From assembly GCA_964016885.1 (NCBI GenBank), contig OZ024742.1, forward strand, positions 158,534,001-158,598,000: a DNA stretch of 64,000 nt, in the 5' to 3' direction. Below the pieces are notes generated by a model, which had not been told where the DNA came from, did not search any database, and saw only the letters and a list, made by a program, of their open reading frames with translations. Of the stretch, positions 1 through 13,402 are shown in pieces. The translations under genes were made by a program, and so were the position numbers. Position 1 is the first letter of the stretch; every line of letters starts with the position of its first letter. Origin of the DNA: Eledone cirrhosa. Its lineage: Eukaryota.

Positions 1-2
1 GC

Positions 3-200
3 AACAGGCCATATATTGTTTTAATTGATAAGGAAATAAAATGTACCCTCATAGATGTAGCGTGTTCCATTGACAGCAGAATTGGACGAAAGGAGGAGAA
101 AGTAGAGGCTTATACTGATTTAGAATATAGGCTCTTGAAATGCTGGAGTAATGAAGTGAAGGCAGTCACCATTGTCTCCCTAGTGATTGGTGCTCTTGGC
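3..200 (+). mobile_element. Restriction-like endonuclease (RLE) domain remnant of an R4/Dong/NeSL-type non-LTR retrotransposon
   Basis: Manual translation from nt 3: NRPYIVLIDKEIKCTLIDVACSIDSRIGRKEEKVEAYTDLEYRLLKCWSNEVKAVTIVSLVIGALG. This matches the RPD..IDV..K..KY..W..VIGALG RLE signature. Confidence 0.8.
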
Positions 201-411
201 AATCACCACCGAAGAATGCGAGAAAGTTCGCCAGGAAAGTAAATCCGGAATCTTTAAAAATCTTCCCACCGAAGTTAACAAAGAACTTACTAGATCTACC
301 ATCTCATAATATTATAAAATTAAATCAAATTATTTAGAACTACAAGTGAAGTCATTCTTTTCTTTTTTGTAAATATAATATACCTAACTGTAACAAGGAT
401 TTCCCACATTT

Positions 412-468
<57 letters not shown>

Positions 469-639
469 AAGAGGGGGGGGGGTATGAAGAGAGGGAGCGA
501 GAGTGAAATTCGCACATACATACAATTATATATGTATATATAAATGTGAGCCTATATATATGTGGGGGGGGGGGGGTGCATGAGTATATCACCGTTTGTC
601 TATTTAATCGGTGACATGCAGCAAGGAAGAGCTGGTACC

Positions 640-1250
640 ATGTTTGTGCAATATGTTATACTGATGATCTCAGAGATATCTCTATGCCCCCAATGCAGGG
701 TGTTCCAAAGCTGACAGCCCTCGTAGCAAAATCTAGGTGACCTTCGAATAAAGTAACTCCGTGTTCACAAAACAAAACACGAACAATGAAACGTCAGTCA
801 AGGATGGAGTACTATATACTGTCTACAAGAAGTGTTGGACTATGACCAACCGATTATTTCACATTCTTAGAACAGCCTAGAAAGTGCAAGTGAATGTAAA
901 TCACTGAGTAACAGTGGAAGGCAACTTTCTTTCCATGAAGCAGATCACGTCAACATTTGACCAATTCATGTCAATGTCCCTACTGAATGCAGACGAAAAG
1001 ATATTCTTTGCGATTATTGCTAGATATGTATGACACTTATGATGTGACTACATCGATGGTACAGTGCAGAGATATGATATTTCAGGTGTGTCGGGATGCA
1101 TATGATATGTGAACAATATCTGAGATGCAGTACACGCAGTTAAGAAGGATAAATGTAACCGGGCAAATGATTTCGCGTCGGTTCTACACAAACTGCTTGA
1201 GATTACTATGGACCTCTTCTAGATAGGAAGAAAGCACATGTAGCCTGAAC
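640..1250 (+). mobile_element. Degenerate HERO-like (RLE-clade) reverse transcriptase fragment
   Basis: Manual translation gives KDGVLYTVYKKC and FDQFMSMSLLNADEKIFFAIIARYV*HL*CDYIDGTVQRYDISGVSGCI*...ANDFASVLHKLLEITMDLF. This parallels HERO RT motifs (FRPISLLNVEGKIFF, YIDTSVQKGGIPG.SGC, NAYGSVPH). Several stops. Confidence 0.7.
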
Positions 1251-2166
1251 TGATCTAATCTTTGGGAATAATTTAAAACACTGCAGTGTGGTTTAAACCT
1301 CGACTTGGTGAGCTGGCAGAGTAGTAAAATATCGGTGTCTTCAAATTGTCCAAGTGCCTGACGACTAGGTCACATATTTGATCGCTCTTACAATCCGAGA
1401 AGATGATCAATATTGGACCTTAAAACCTTAGGGAGTGATTTTGTTCCGTGCATGAACATAAATAAATATATATGTGTGTGTGCGTGTATGTTTGTGCGTT
1501 TGTTTCAGTGCTTTGTGTGTGTTTGTATGTGTGCGTGTATATATATATAAATATCTTGATAAATACCTGAGAGAATGGTTTGTGAATAAGTAATTATTAG
1601 TGCCTGTGTGTGTGTGCTTCCTTCAAAGCATGTATATGCATATATGTGTGTATTTATTATGTATGTGTGTATTTATTATGTATATTTATTATGTATGCGT
1701 ATGCATGTACGTACGTATTCATGTATGTATACATATGTATTGGCATTCATATCTTTTTACTCATTGAAAAAATATTTCCCATAAAATGTTAACGTTGCAT
1801 TTTCGCGCCTTATATACTGATTACAATATTCTCTCCTTCAATCGCTGAAAACCTAAAATAAGGAACCAATCCTTTATGCTTGATGAATAAATTCCCAATC
1901 TGCGGAAAGAGAAAAGGCCAACCAAATTGTATTTTACGAAAGTAAATCATTAGTCCTCTCAATCAAATATAGGAAAATGCTGTGATCGAGGCAGAAGAGA
2001 GAGTTGGCGATAAAGAGGAGAAGGCAGTAGGGCGGTAATGAGATATCCAGACTTGTAAATAACGATAAAATAAGTCCAGAGATGTGGAGGACCGTGATAG
2101 AAAGGAAGTGATAAAGATGAAACATTTGCCCTAGTACTGGATTGGTTCTTTACATATCGGGTTCAA

Positions 2167-2440
2167 ATAATTGTTTCTACTTTTGGCACAAGGCCAGCAA
2201 TTGCCCAGTACATTACTGGTACTTTATTTTATCGACCCCGTAAGGCTGAAAGGCAAAGTTGACCTCGGCGGGATTTGAACTCAGAATGGCAAGTGCCGTA
2301 ACTCTATGCGTCAAAGCACGGTGCAAATAATGAAAGGCAAAGTTGATGTCGGCTGATTTTGAATTCAAAGCGCGGAGGATTGGAATGGATACGGCAAAAG
2401 CATGTTATCTGAGGTTTTAATGCCTTGCCAAATCATCGTC
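2167..2440 (-). mobile_element. Two tRNA-derived SINE copies (one near-complete, one partial)
   Basis: On the minus strand: B-box GAGTTCAAATCCC, core GCCTTTCAGCCTTACGGGGTCGATAAAATAAAGTACC and tail GGCCTTGTGCCAAAAGTAGAAACA, all shared with about 20 copies in the window. Confidence 0.85.
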
Positions 2441-3116
2441 AATAGAGCATTGTTGGGAAATTGAATGTTAAAGAACGCAAGTAAATACCTCTTTGCAAAT
2501 TCTGCCATTTCTTCGTCATTTTTTAATATACATAATTAATAATGATTACGATGGTTGGCCAACTTCCCTCTTTCCCTCCATATATACTCTCGTACATAAT
2601 ATGAAGTAATATTTCACATAATATTAACTAAAATGGAAACCAATGTACACTAAACGACGCTGTTTGCAATATATTGAATACGTTTTTCAATTTATTTTCC
2701 ATTTCTATCGCATAAAATCATCGTTATCTGATAGAAATTATGTTGTTACATATCTACATGTATATAAATAAATGCATTGTATTTCGTTTTATGGGTTACC
2801 AGTTTCATTTTGGGAATGACGGATAATTAACTCAGCACAAGACATGTGAATAGAGATGGGGCAAAATTACTGGACTGATTATTTAATATTCAAATATTAA
2901 ATTCTAAAAAAACAAGCAAAGAGTTTAATAAACAAAGAAATATTTTGATGTGCGATCATTGATACAAAACATTGGACTTCCTAGCTTCAGTAATTCCTCA
3001 GGCGAATTCAAGAAATCAATCAAGCCAACAAACATGATGAAAAAAAGAGGCAGCAAAAAGTTTTGGCGGTTGGATGTGAAGAACAGATATACACATTAAC
3101 TCACATACACTCACAT

Positions 3117-3164
<48 letters not shown>

Positions 3165-3218
3165 GTGGACACTTACAACTTACACACACACACACACATA
3201 CACACACATATATATATG

Positions 3219-3296
<78 letters not shown>

Positions 3297-3436
3297 AATA
3301 TAGGTACGTATGTATGTATAGGTAGGTAACATTTTATTATATCTTTTATTATATAAAATATTCTATGCTTACTTTCCTTTCCTCTATTAAAAGAGTTATT
3401 AGCGAACATCTTAGTAAACTTCAGAATCGCTGAAAA

Positions 3437-3508
3437 GTATTATTATTATTATCATTATTTTTGTTGTTGTTATTGTTATTATTATTACCATTAAAGAAAG
3501 AATTATTA

Positions 3509-3575
<67 letters not shown>

Positions 3576-3580
3576 TACTA
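3437..3580. repeat. (ATT)n microsatellite, one of dozens of (TA)n, (CA)n, (GA)n and (TACA)n tracts in the window
   Basis: Directly visible; it generates the poly-Ile ORF 3411-3692. Confidence 0.95.
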
Positions 3581-3907
3581 TATCATATATTTTTTCTTTT
3601 TTTCGTTTCGTATCAAATGAAATTGCATTAGAAATAAAATTAAAGCAGTGAAATACAAAATTGTTTGATGATTCCCATTCATGTAAGTACAATTCAGAGT
3701 CAACATTTGAGAAGATTTTCGAGGTAGGTCATTCGTCCATTTGCCGTGGAACATTTTAGATATTGATTTAGATTGAGTTGAATGACAGATCAGCAGAGAT
3801 CATCATATATCACAAGTACATTGAAACGAAGCAGTTTCCCTTGCGGTCTCACTGTCTGACACCACTTCAATGGTATAATCAAATTAGCAAACACTTTGTT
3901 CACATGC

Positions 3908-3942
<35 letters not shown>

Positions 3943-3943
3943 A

Positions 3944-4057
<114 letters not shown>

Positions 4058-4176
4058 GTATGTATTTATATATATATATATGTATGTATGTGTATGTATA
4101 TATATATATATATGTCCCAAGGCTCTGATACAATCAACACCATAAACACAGAGCTGGCATATCTAAAAACTGACTA

Positions 4177-4232
4177 ACTGCCTGATGAGGTCATAGCCAC
4201 TCAATGGCTATCATCGAAATATATATAGCAGT
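4177..4232 (+). ncRNA. Type I hammerhead ribozyme (family A)
   Basis: ACTGC-CTGATGA-ggtcATAGCCactcaatGGCTATcatc-GAAA-TATATA-TA-GCAGT. Stem I is ACTGC/GCAGT, the core is intact, stem III is palindromic, and AATAAA follows immediately. The segment 4111-4280 recurs at 22547-22715. Confidence 0.85.
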
Positions 4233-4295
4233 AAATAAAGGATTATGAGTTCATGCAATTGACTTATGTTTCGTCACTCTATATATGTATGTATG

Positions 4296-4350
<55 letters not shown>

Positions 4351-4957
4351 TTGGGGAGGGTCATATTTGCGTAATATTGCCAGAATTAATAACAGAACAC
4401 ACTCACTGTTTGGTTGGTTTTCGCTTCTCGCTGTCTTTTATTATATCTGCGATCTAACTTACTCGGTCCTCAATGTTGCCATTGACTGACCGGCGGTCAA
4501 AAATAATACAGATACAATATAGACACAAACGCATATATATATATATAGTTTACATAATTTACATAAATCTTTCGTTGCACATCTGCAACATCGTCAGTGG
4601 TGTTATATTCATTGTTCCTCCTGTTGTGTTGTATGTCTACGCCATTTTTTATTCAGTCTGTCTATATATTTATTTATTTATTTGCTTGTTTGTTTATCTT
4701 ATTTTATTTTGTCTTCTTTGCGCATGCGTTTGCGTGTGTGTATAGTGTTATGTGTGATGTGTGACTAGTGTGTATAGTGTTGTGTCTGCTGGGTGACTAG
4801 TGTGTGTTTATGTGCTTGTTGTTATTGTGCTTGTGTATGTATTTATTTATCTTATTTTATTTTATTTTATTTACTTATTTATACTTCTCTTAGGTCAGTG
4901 TTGTTTGTTTGGGTGTTGTTGTTGTTCCACTCATTCTTTCTGTTTAGCTAAAGTAAC

Positions 4958-4998
4958 TATCAAGTAACCACACAGCCCCTTGTTCCTGCTAGCTCTGT

Positions 4999-5086
<88 letters not shown>

Positions 5087-5333
5087 CCCTGGTCGAGATA
5101 ACATTTTGGTCGTTTAACTGCTGCTATTACTGGTGGTAGTAGATTGACCTTTCCGCCTCTGCCTTCTATCTATGCACACGGCACTAGACAGAATTGCTTC
5201 TTTATCATACACTCTCATCTCGGGAAAAATGTCGAATAGCGCCAGTTCGTGATTTGAACTCGGGAATTTTGTATTCTCCAAGGGAAAAGAACCCTCTGAT
5301 GAGAATCTTCCTTTTCAATGGATCTCCGCATGG
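4958..5333 (+). repeat. Local direct duplication of 6654-7047 (includes a (CT)n(AT)n tract and the 5' half of HHR family B)
   Basis: Near-identical sequence in both places; only the microsatellite lengths and a few bases differ. Confidence 0.9.
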
Positions 5334-5416
5334 CCTCAGCCGGATGGCTGAAACAGGTAAAAGAGTAAAAGAGTATACACATTAATGAATGTGCTCTGTG
5401 CCTGAGTGTATATGTC

Positions 5417-5460
<44 letters not shown>

Positions 5461-5786
5461 TAAAATTTCAACAATGAAAAACTGTGGAAATATATAAGAT
5501 GGGGGATAATTTCAAAAAGTATAATTAGGTTCACGCTTACATGAAATGGAAAAAATAGTGCCTTCGGCGTAATGGATGTTAGTCTTTGATGATGAAAGAA
5601 AAGAGGAGCGGTAGAAGTTTCATTCTAGAGAAGAGGGTAGGGGGATATAAATCCAGAGGAATGAAATAGACAAGGGTGTAAATGATGAATAGAGGAGGTC
5701 AAAAACCGTTCGAAAAATCCAGTAAGTTTTAGAAAATCCTATAGGTGATTCGGTAGAGTTCCAGATTCGTGCATATATATATTTTA

Positions 5787-5817
<31 letters not shown>

Positions 5818-5962
5818 TGAGTATATGTTGGTTGTATACCAACACCTCATTATGCAGATTGGAGCACTCGACGAAGTGCGCAGTTTGGCTTGGTTACTCT
5901 GGAGTAATGTAAAATAAAATAAAATAAATAAGTCAAATGTTTAAATTTTAGCTTCGTTTATT

Positions 5963-6017
5963 ACTGCTATATATATTTCGGTGACAGCCATCTTTGGCTG
6001 TGACCTCTTCAGGCAGT
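5963..6017 (-). ncRNA. Type I hammerhead ribozyme (family A variant)
   Basis: Minus strand: ACTGC-CTGAAGA-ggtcACAGCCaaagatGGCTGTcacc-GAAA-TATATA-TA-GCAGT, followed by AATAAA. Stem II shows a compensatory change relative to the 4177 copy. Confidence 0.85.
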
Positions 6018-6145
6018 CCGAATTAGTTTGGTATAGACAAGTACATATGTTGTTGAGGTGTATAACTTTGTCAATACTCTGATATGCCCAGTTCCTGGTT
6101 GGGTTGTTATCTCACTGAGGAACTGGAATCTTATGAATTTAAACA

Positions 6146-6369
6146 AATGAAAAATTCATGAAAAAGTAATGAAAATGAATATGGAGAAGTGAAAAATAAA
6201 ATGAAGATTCAAATAAAGTTTGGTCCTCATACCAATCTATCCAACAAATTTCTGATCTTGAGATTGGTTATAGCACACATACACACATTATCTTACTTTA
6301 TTTGAATCTTCATTTTATTTTTCACTTCTCCATATTCATTTTCATTACTCTATCATTAATTTTTCATTT
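6146..6369. repeat. Inverted repeat with about 75-bp arms (6146-6220 / 6295-6369) at the 5' end of the HHR element
   Basis: GAAAATGAATATGGAGAAGTGAAAAATAAAATGAAGATTCAAATAAAGT and its reverse complement are both present. Confidence 0.85.
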
Positions 6370-6696
6370 ATTCTTTATTCTCTATTTATTATTTATTTTC
6401 TGTTTTCTTCATTTTATTGCCTATATTTCTTCTTATACATGGAAGAACACCCCCACCCCCCACCCACCCCCGCCACCACCACCACGGGAGATGGTGGCAG
6501 GAGGGATGAAAAACACACACACAGATACTTCTAAATTGTCAGCAGCAGCAAGATATAAGCTGACCACAACACCTGTCCGAGACCCCCAGCAGAGACAACT
6601 GAAGAGGGGACCTGTCCCTTGTTTCTGATTTCCTTTTATTTTTAAATACACCTTATCAAGTAACCACACAGCCCCTTGTTCCTGCTAGCTCTGTCC

Positions 6697-6800
<104 letters not shown>

Positions 6801-7004
6801 CCCTGGTCGAGATAACATTTTGGTCGTTTAACTGCTGCTATTACTGGTGGTAGTAGATTGACCTTTCCGCCTCTGCCTTCTATCTATGCACACGGCACTA
6901 GACAGAATTGCTTCTTTATCATACACGCTCATCTCGGGAAAAATGTCGAATAGCGCCAGTTCGTGATTTGAACTCGGGGATTTTGTATTCTCCAAGGGAA
7001 AAGA

Positions 7005-7089
7005 ACCCTCTGATGAGAATCTTCCTTTTCAATGGATCTCCGCATGGATTATCCAGTTATTTTGAGACTTGAAACCGTACGATAAGGGT
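7005..7089 (+). ncRNA. Type I hammerhead ribozyme (family B, long stem II)
   Basis: ACCCT-CTGATGA-gaatctt...gagactt-GAAA-CCGTACGA-TA-AGGGT. Stem I is ACCCT/AGGGT; stem III is one change away from the palindrome ACCGTACGGT. Confidence 0.7.
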
Positions 7090-7214
7090 AATTACAGCAG
7101 ATACAGTGAACTTTAAAAAATTTATTTTTAAACTTTATCTTATTTGCTAAGCCTTGAAAGAAAAAAAAATATATATATATATGTATGTATGTATGTATAT
7201 ATATATATATATAT

Positions 7215-7246
<32 letters not shown>

Positions 7247-7293
7247 AACTATATATATACATATATACATACATACATACATACATACATACA

Positions 7294-7326
<33 letters not shown>

Positions 7327-7469
7327 TAATATATGAATGTATATATAGTGTATTTTGCAATACACTTTATGCTTAATTAAAAGCATTTTAAAGACCGTAT
7401 GCTATTGTTTTAGAGTAGTGACTCACTTACTTTAATTTCAGCAAACAGGGGGAGATTTCAGAGCACCAA

Positions 7470-7557
<88 letters not shown>

Positions 7558-7984
7558 ATATATATATATATATATACAAAATTAAGATAAAATAAATTAA
7601 ATGAATTTAATCTAAATCGATCGAAATTGTGGGTGTCATGCCATAATGGCACGCGCCATATCACCTGGAAATTAAGCTCTAAGATAAATCTGAGCATTTT
7701 ATAATAACTAGAAATTACGGGTGGTTAATTAATTGGGCAGCCTGTTTAACAGCAATTAGTCTGCCTTTTTACGTCTTGCGTTGAAATCATGCCGAAATAA
7801 AGTTTAAACTTTTCTTTTCTATATCGACAAAATAATGTAGAAATCAAGTAATGGGGTTGATCCAAATAGAATGCTGATCTGTGTTAAGGTACAATTAGTT
7901 TCCAGTGTGTTACAGTGGGTTCCAACTGTCTACCCAACAAAGTATTTCAAACGACACGAAGACTAATATACATGTAAATCCCCA

Positions 7985-8070
<86 letters not shown>

Positions 8071-8090
8071 GTATATATATATATATATAT

Positions 8091-8140
<50 letters not shown>

Positions 8141-8236
8141 ATATATACACATTACCCTCCAAATCTCTCTCTCTTTTCTTTTTTCCCCATCAATCTCTTT
8201 TTCTCTATTAAAGAGCGGAAACAAAGGGAAGAGTAA

Positions 8237-8424
8237 ATAATTGTTCCTACTTTTGGTACAAGGCCAGCAATTATCCCAGTGCATTACTGGTACTTTATTT
8301 TATCGACCCCGTAAGGATGAAAGACAAAGTTAACCTCGGCGGGATTTGAACTCAGATCATAAAGTGAGGAAACTCTATACTTCAAAGCATAGCGCCCGAC
8401 CTTCTACCGATACTGCCAATCCAC
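8237..8424 (-). mobile_element. tRNA-derived SINE
   Basis: A-box TGGCAGTATCGG, B-box GTTCAAATCC, and the shared core and tail. Confidence 0.85.
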
Positions 8425-8436
8425 AGTAAATAATGA

Positions 8437-10662
8437 TTTCATTTATTGGCTACAAGGGCCGACATATAGGGGACAATACAAAAGACTGGAACAGTGGGGT
8501 TTTACAGAAAAATCGAGTAAACAATATGAATAACAATAACAAAGTAACAATAACAAATTAACAATAAAGTAACAATAAAATTACAAAAAGAAAAAATTCC
8601 CCAATCGGGGGGATGACCACCTAGGGTTCGCTCAGGTCCCCCACCAGTCCTGAACGACACGACGCTTCGAGAGCAACCTGGAAGGGCACCCCTCTCCTCT
8701 TCAAATTTAGCTACCTACAGCCGCATGACCAGAGTAGGCCCACTCACACGGGCCACTCTCGCCACATTCACCCACCTTTCAGCAAATGTACTGGGGGGGG
8801 GGGGGCAGCACTTCTCTCTCCACCCTCACCTTCCTTTCCAAGTGAAACTTGAAAAAGTTGATGAGGGATTGGCCGAAGAGAAAAGTGTCTGTCTTCAGTC
8901 CTTTCAACCTCATCCACCATACAACCTCTTTCTCTACTGCCACCAGACAGGGGAAAATTGCCTGCCCTTCCTGGCCAAAAGAAGGCGGCGGGTCGATCTT
9001 TACTATGGACTCGGCCAATAGCCGGATCCGTTCTACACGCGACAACAGCTGTTCAACATAACTCCACAAGTCAGTAATGCACGGACACTGGACGAGTGCG
9101 TGCAGAACGGTTTCGTCGCTCTGCGCGCATCTCGGGCAGGTCCGTCTGACAGCACTTCCGTGCCTGTAGAGTTTATCTCGAACCGGCAGTGCCCCCCTGT
9201 AGCACTGCCATGCGAGGGATTTTTGGAAATTATCCATCGTCCCCGGCTCGAAAGTCTTCGGGTACAGACTGGTTAGTTCGACTTCGTCGACTCCCAGAGC
9301 CTCTCCGAGTGCGTCGTCGCACTTGCCCACCACTAATCCTCTATAGAACTCGAGAGTGGAAGTTCCACTGACTGCATTGCCCGCCTGGTAAAGGGCAGTG
9401 AGTGCCTGGCAACATTCCAGATGCCAGTCACCCAGTCTCGGTCTCTTCTTGACCCAGGACTGCAACTCAGTCAAAGAAACGAGCTGCGGAAAGGCCTGTC
9501 TGACAAACGGCGACCACACCTGTTCACCGTATAGGCAGATTATCTGGAGATGCCGCGTCGTCAGCGTGTGCCTGCGCATCATTAGCCACGGCATGCCCAG
9601 CCCTCCACGTAGAGGGTGCTGGCAGCAGATGGACCGCCTCACCAGCGGAACCTGACCCCTCCACAAGAATTTGAAGAGGAGCCACTCCAAGATGGCGAGG
9701 CGCGAACGGGGGCAAGGGACGACAGTCAGACGGTAGTAGATGACGGACGCGATGTACGCGTTCGCCACCTCCGCCCGACCTTTCAGTGATAGCTTCATCC
9801 CAGCCCATTTCTGGGTGAGACTGACTACCCTGCCCGTCACCTCGTCCCAATTCTTATCCACCTGGAGGTCTGGCCCGAACCAAACCCCTAGCAACTTTAC
9901 CGGTCCGTCCGTCCAGCGCCTAACGACGCTGTTGGACGGCATGGACTTGCCTCTCCAGGTGCCGAATTGCAAGCCCACTGACTTTTCCGGGTTAAGTTTT
10001 GCTCCCGTCAACCTTTCATATTCCTCTAATAAGTTGCCGACCACCTCGATTTCTGAGGTGTCCGACACCATGACGGTGATGTCGTCCGTATAAGCCGACA
10101 CAGCCTTTCCGCGTCCCGGTTCGAGCGCGATGCCCTGCAACAGCTCCAGCTTCCGCAGTAAAGGCTCGAGAGTCAATTCGTACAGAAGGGAGGAGAGACG
10201 GCACCCTTGACGGACCGACCGGGAGACCTGAAACGGTTCCGAGAGGTGGCCATTAATTTTGACCATCGAGCAGGTGCCGCTGTGCATTGCAGCGATCCAG
10301 CTTCTGAAGACGGGGCCGAGGCCAGCCGCCTTAAGGACAGCCTCCAGGTATCGATGGTCGACCCTATCGAATACTTTCGATTGCTCTAAATTGATCAGAG
10401 CCCCACCGAAGCCAGGTTTACACCCTACCCTCTCTATGATGTATCGCACTAGGTGGAGGTTGTCGTGTATGGACCTGGTTGGGATTGCGCAAGTTTGCGC
10501 CTCCCCAACCAAATCCCCAACGACAAGCGCCAACCTCTTCGCTAACACCCTAGCCAAAATCTTAAACTCTGTTATTGAGCAGAGTTATGAGCCTGAAATT
10601 GTCTAATGTGTCCCTCTTGTTCTCGTCTTTCCTTATCAGCGTCACTACGCCCCGGAATCCAC
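8437..10662 (-). mobile_element. 5'-truncated Tx1/L1-clade LINE with 18-bp target-site duplication
   Basis: TSD ATCCACAGTAAATAATGA at 8419-8436 and 10663-10680. AATAAA at the 3' end. RT begins at GVVTLIRKD..NFRLITLLN. Confidence 0.9.
8779..10557 (-). pseudogene. Tx1-type ORF2 (RT plus zf-RVT zinc finger), slightly degraded
   Basis: 592-aa ORF with QSKVFDRVDH, VRQGCRLS, AYTDD, LSLKGRA, GGLGMP and CPRC..ETVLHALVQC. A frameshift in the G-run near 8793-8805 cuts off the C-terminus TFAERWVNVARV...L*. Confidence 0.9.
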
Positions 10663-11600
10663 ATCCACAGTAAATAATGAAGGACAATATATGTAGATAT
10701 ATCGGACAGCGTATATAGATACACTAGCAGATTAAATAAAGTAAACGAAGGAATAAAAAGACGAAATAAACACAGGAAAAGAAAGCAAGAAACAAACAAA
10801 CAAACAAACAAACAAAGGAGAAAATGAAGAAATATCTGAAGTGTGAGATGGTTTATTATCTGTCTAGATTGAGATGATATATTTCCCCATTAGTATTGTG
10901 GGATATCATTTGAAGCAAATAAAACCATTAATTGAAACAAGATTAGTTTCACGGAAAAAGTAACACTAGAAAATAAATATACGCATAACAAGTTCACTTT
11001 CAACATGAAATTTAACTATGTTTTTCAAGTAAAACTTCAATATGCCAAACGATGGATCCTCTCCGATGTGTTTATTGTGGTTCTGATTTTCAAAAATGGA
11101 AAGAAATTATGTGTGCGTGTGTGTGTGTGTGTGGAATGTCTACTGTACGAAAACTGGTAAACCACAAATCATTGTGGTACTCGATGATTGATAAAATCCC
11201 GAGTAGGTATACTGAAGTGATAGAATCACAATGACGTGCCTAGTGCAAGAGATAAAAGACAGACTAGAAAAAATAATTACACACCCAGACAGATACACAC
11301 GCACACAAACACACTCACATATACATATATATATATATATACAGACACATACATATATCATCATCATAGTCATGGTGTGTATTCCTCAGACAACGTTGGG
11401 GTTATACTTCACTTGTCCCCATCTAGCATGGCTTCCGCAAGTTCAATCTTTCTAAGATTCGAGCCGTTACAAACCCGCTCCAGAAACATAGCATGAAGCT
11501 GTAAATAGTAAGGCAATAAAGTCTGGGGAAGAAACAGACAGGTAAGTTTGAGTAAAAGAGAGGAAGGAAAAAAGAAAAAAACCTGATATATATATATACA

Positions 11601-11641
11601 TACACATTAGTGAATGTGCTCTGTGCCTGAGTGTATATGTC

Positions 11642-11683
<42 letters not shown>

Positions 11684-11741
11684 TAAAATTTCAACAATGA
11701 AAAACTGTGGAAATATATAAGATGGGGGATAATTTCAAAAA
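11601..11741 (+). repeat. Direct repeat of 5376-5518
   Basis: TACACATTAnTGAATGTGCTCTGTGCCTGAG...(TA)n...GGGGGATAATTTCAAAAA occurs at both sites. Confidence 0.9.
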
Positions 11742-12171
11742 TAATGTTAACTTGGAAATATTTATTAGTTCCTATATTTCGGATGTACCATCCGTTAAAG
11801 TTGTCAAAGTAAACCTTGGAGAAAGTCGTAAGTGAACTTTCTGTGCGTCTGTGTGGCTCGTGAAGGAGATCTACGATTGATTCCACTTGTGTTTTTGCCT
11901 CTATGTATGCGTACGTATGCATACATAGATGAACTGCACGCACATGTGTTCGTATGAATATACACATGTACACATATGTAGATTTATACACCTATATACG
12001 CGGCCAACCGTTGTCACGCTCTGCGTCGTTCAGTACACGCGGACGAGAACATTCACACCTATATACTTCTTAGAGCAACATCTTACCTTCATACCCTCAC
12101 AGCTTTGCAGGAACAAACACACACACGCATACACCTGCGCATACACTCGAGTACACACACACACATACATG

Positions 12172-12497
12172 CATGGGCCTCGTTTGCCTTTAAAATGTGA
12201 AGGGGACAAACCAACATTTGTTGATTCTTAAAGGAGGATGTTAGTATTGCTTATGGACCCTATCACATAAGTAAAATTTTACGCTGATTAAATTTTATAT
12301 ATTCAAATGAAGTTCAGATATATAGAAATAAACTTAAAGAGAATTTATTATATCAAATAAAGATGTTAGTGGGATTTTCTGTTTTTTTTAATCGGGAAGA
12401 AGCAGGGGGGACAAAAGATGGTTTGTCCCTCATTCCTGAAAAAGTGTGTGGGGGGGGGGGACTTGTCCTCTGGTACCTCCCTGAAACAAGGTCCTTG
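12172..12497. mobile_element. hAT-type MITE
   Basis: Imperfect 14-bp TIRs CATGGGCCTCGTTT / AAACAAGGTCCTTG, and an 8-bp TSD CATACATG at 12164-12171 and 12498-12505. An 8-bp TSD is characteristic of hAT. Confidence 0.65.
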
Positions 12498-12629
12498 CAT
12501 ACATGCATTCATACACACAACATACACATACATGTTAACTCAAAACTTACAATCACTATCTCAATTTTAAAATTTCTTTTATATCTAAAATATACGCTTC
12601 CATTCCACTTAAAAATTGATTTTGTGTCC

Positions 12630-13400
12630 ATCCGACTTTAATGACGAGCAAATGTGTGAGCTGTTGGGGTCAGACTACGCCTGACATCATGTCAACTCTC
12701 CAAATTGCTTGGGGCATCAAAGACAACCATCCTCAATCACTTGCATGCAACAGAGAAGGTTTCCGAGCTGGATCAAAAGGTGTCCCACAATATGACTTAC
12801 CGTAATCGTGATGCTTTTGTTTCCTACCATCACACAAACAACTGGTTATGCTCCACTGTGACTGGTGATGCAAAATGGTGTCTCTAGATTAATGTCCAAC
12901 TCAAGAGATTCTGGGCTAATAAAGAAAGTGCACCACAACGGCAAGAAAAGGCTGGCCTCCACCCTTGCAAAGCTATACTGATTGTATAGTGGGACAGGAA
13001 AGGTGTCATCCTCCTACGAGCTGCTCCCAGCGAACACCAGCATAACCCCTTACGTCTAGTGCCAACAGCTTGACAGTTTAGTGGCAAAAATCACACATCT
13101 GTACCCGCACTTCATGATAACGCTCGGTTGAATTCATCAAGGATGACCTGTGAGAAGCTGCTGGTGCTAGGTTGGGAGGCTCTGCCCCCACGTGCCATAT
13201 TCACCCGATCTCACACCTACAGACTATCACCTTTTCCTCTCAATGAGCAATGCAATGCAGTCAAAACTTTCGCCTATGAAAACCAGTTAAATCAGTGATT
13301 GACGGAATAATTTGCATCGAAGGCAGAAGAATTCTACAAGGATGGAATCATGTGCCATCCTAAACGATGGCAGACGGTAATCGTAAACAATGATTACTAG
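12630..13400 (+). mobile_element. Mariner (DD34D) transposase pseudogene
   Basis: Motifs across frameshifts: KTTILNHLH, VTGDAKWCL (IVTGDEKW), LHP..*WDRKGVI, LHDNAR, PYSPDLTPTDYHLF, FYKDGI..RWQTVI. Confidence 0.9.
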
Positions 13401-13402
13401 TA

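Noticed and set aside
661-690. CTGATGA motif
   Set aside because: No GAAA partner or stems; it lies within the HERO remnant.
11765-11810. Hammerhead-like GGATG-GTA-CATCC-GAAATATA on the minus strand
   Set aside because: The CUGANGA half is absent; at best a decayed motif.
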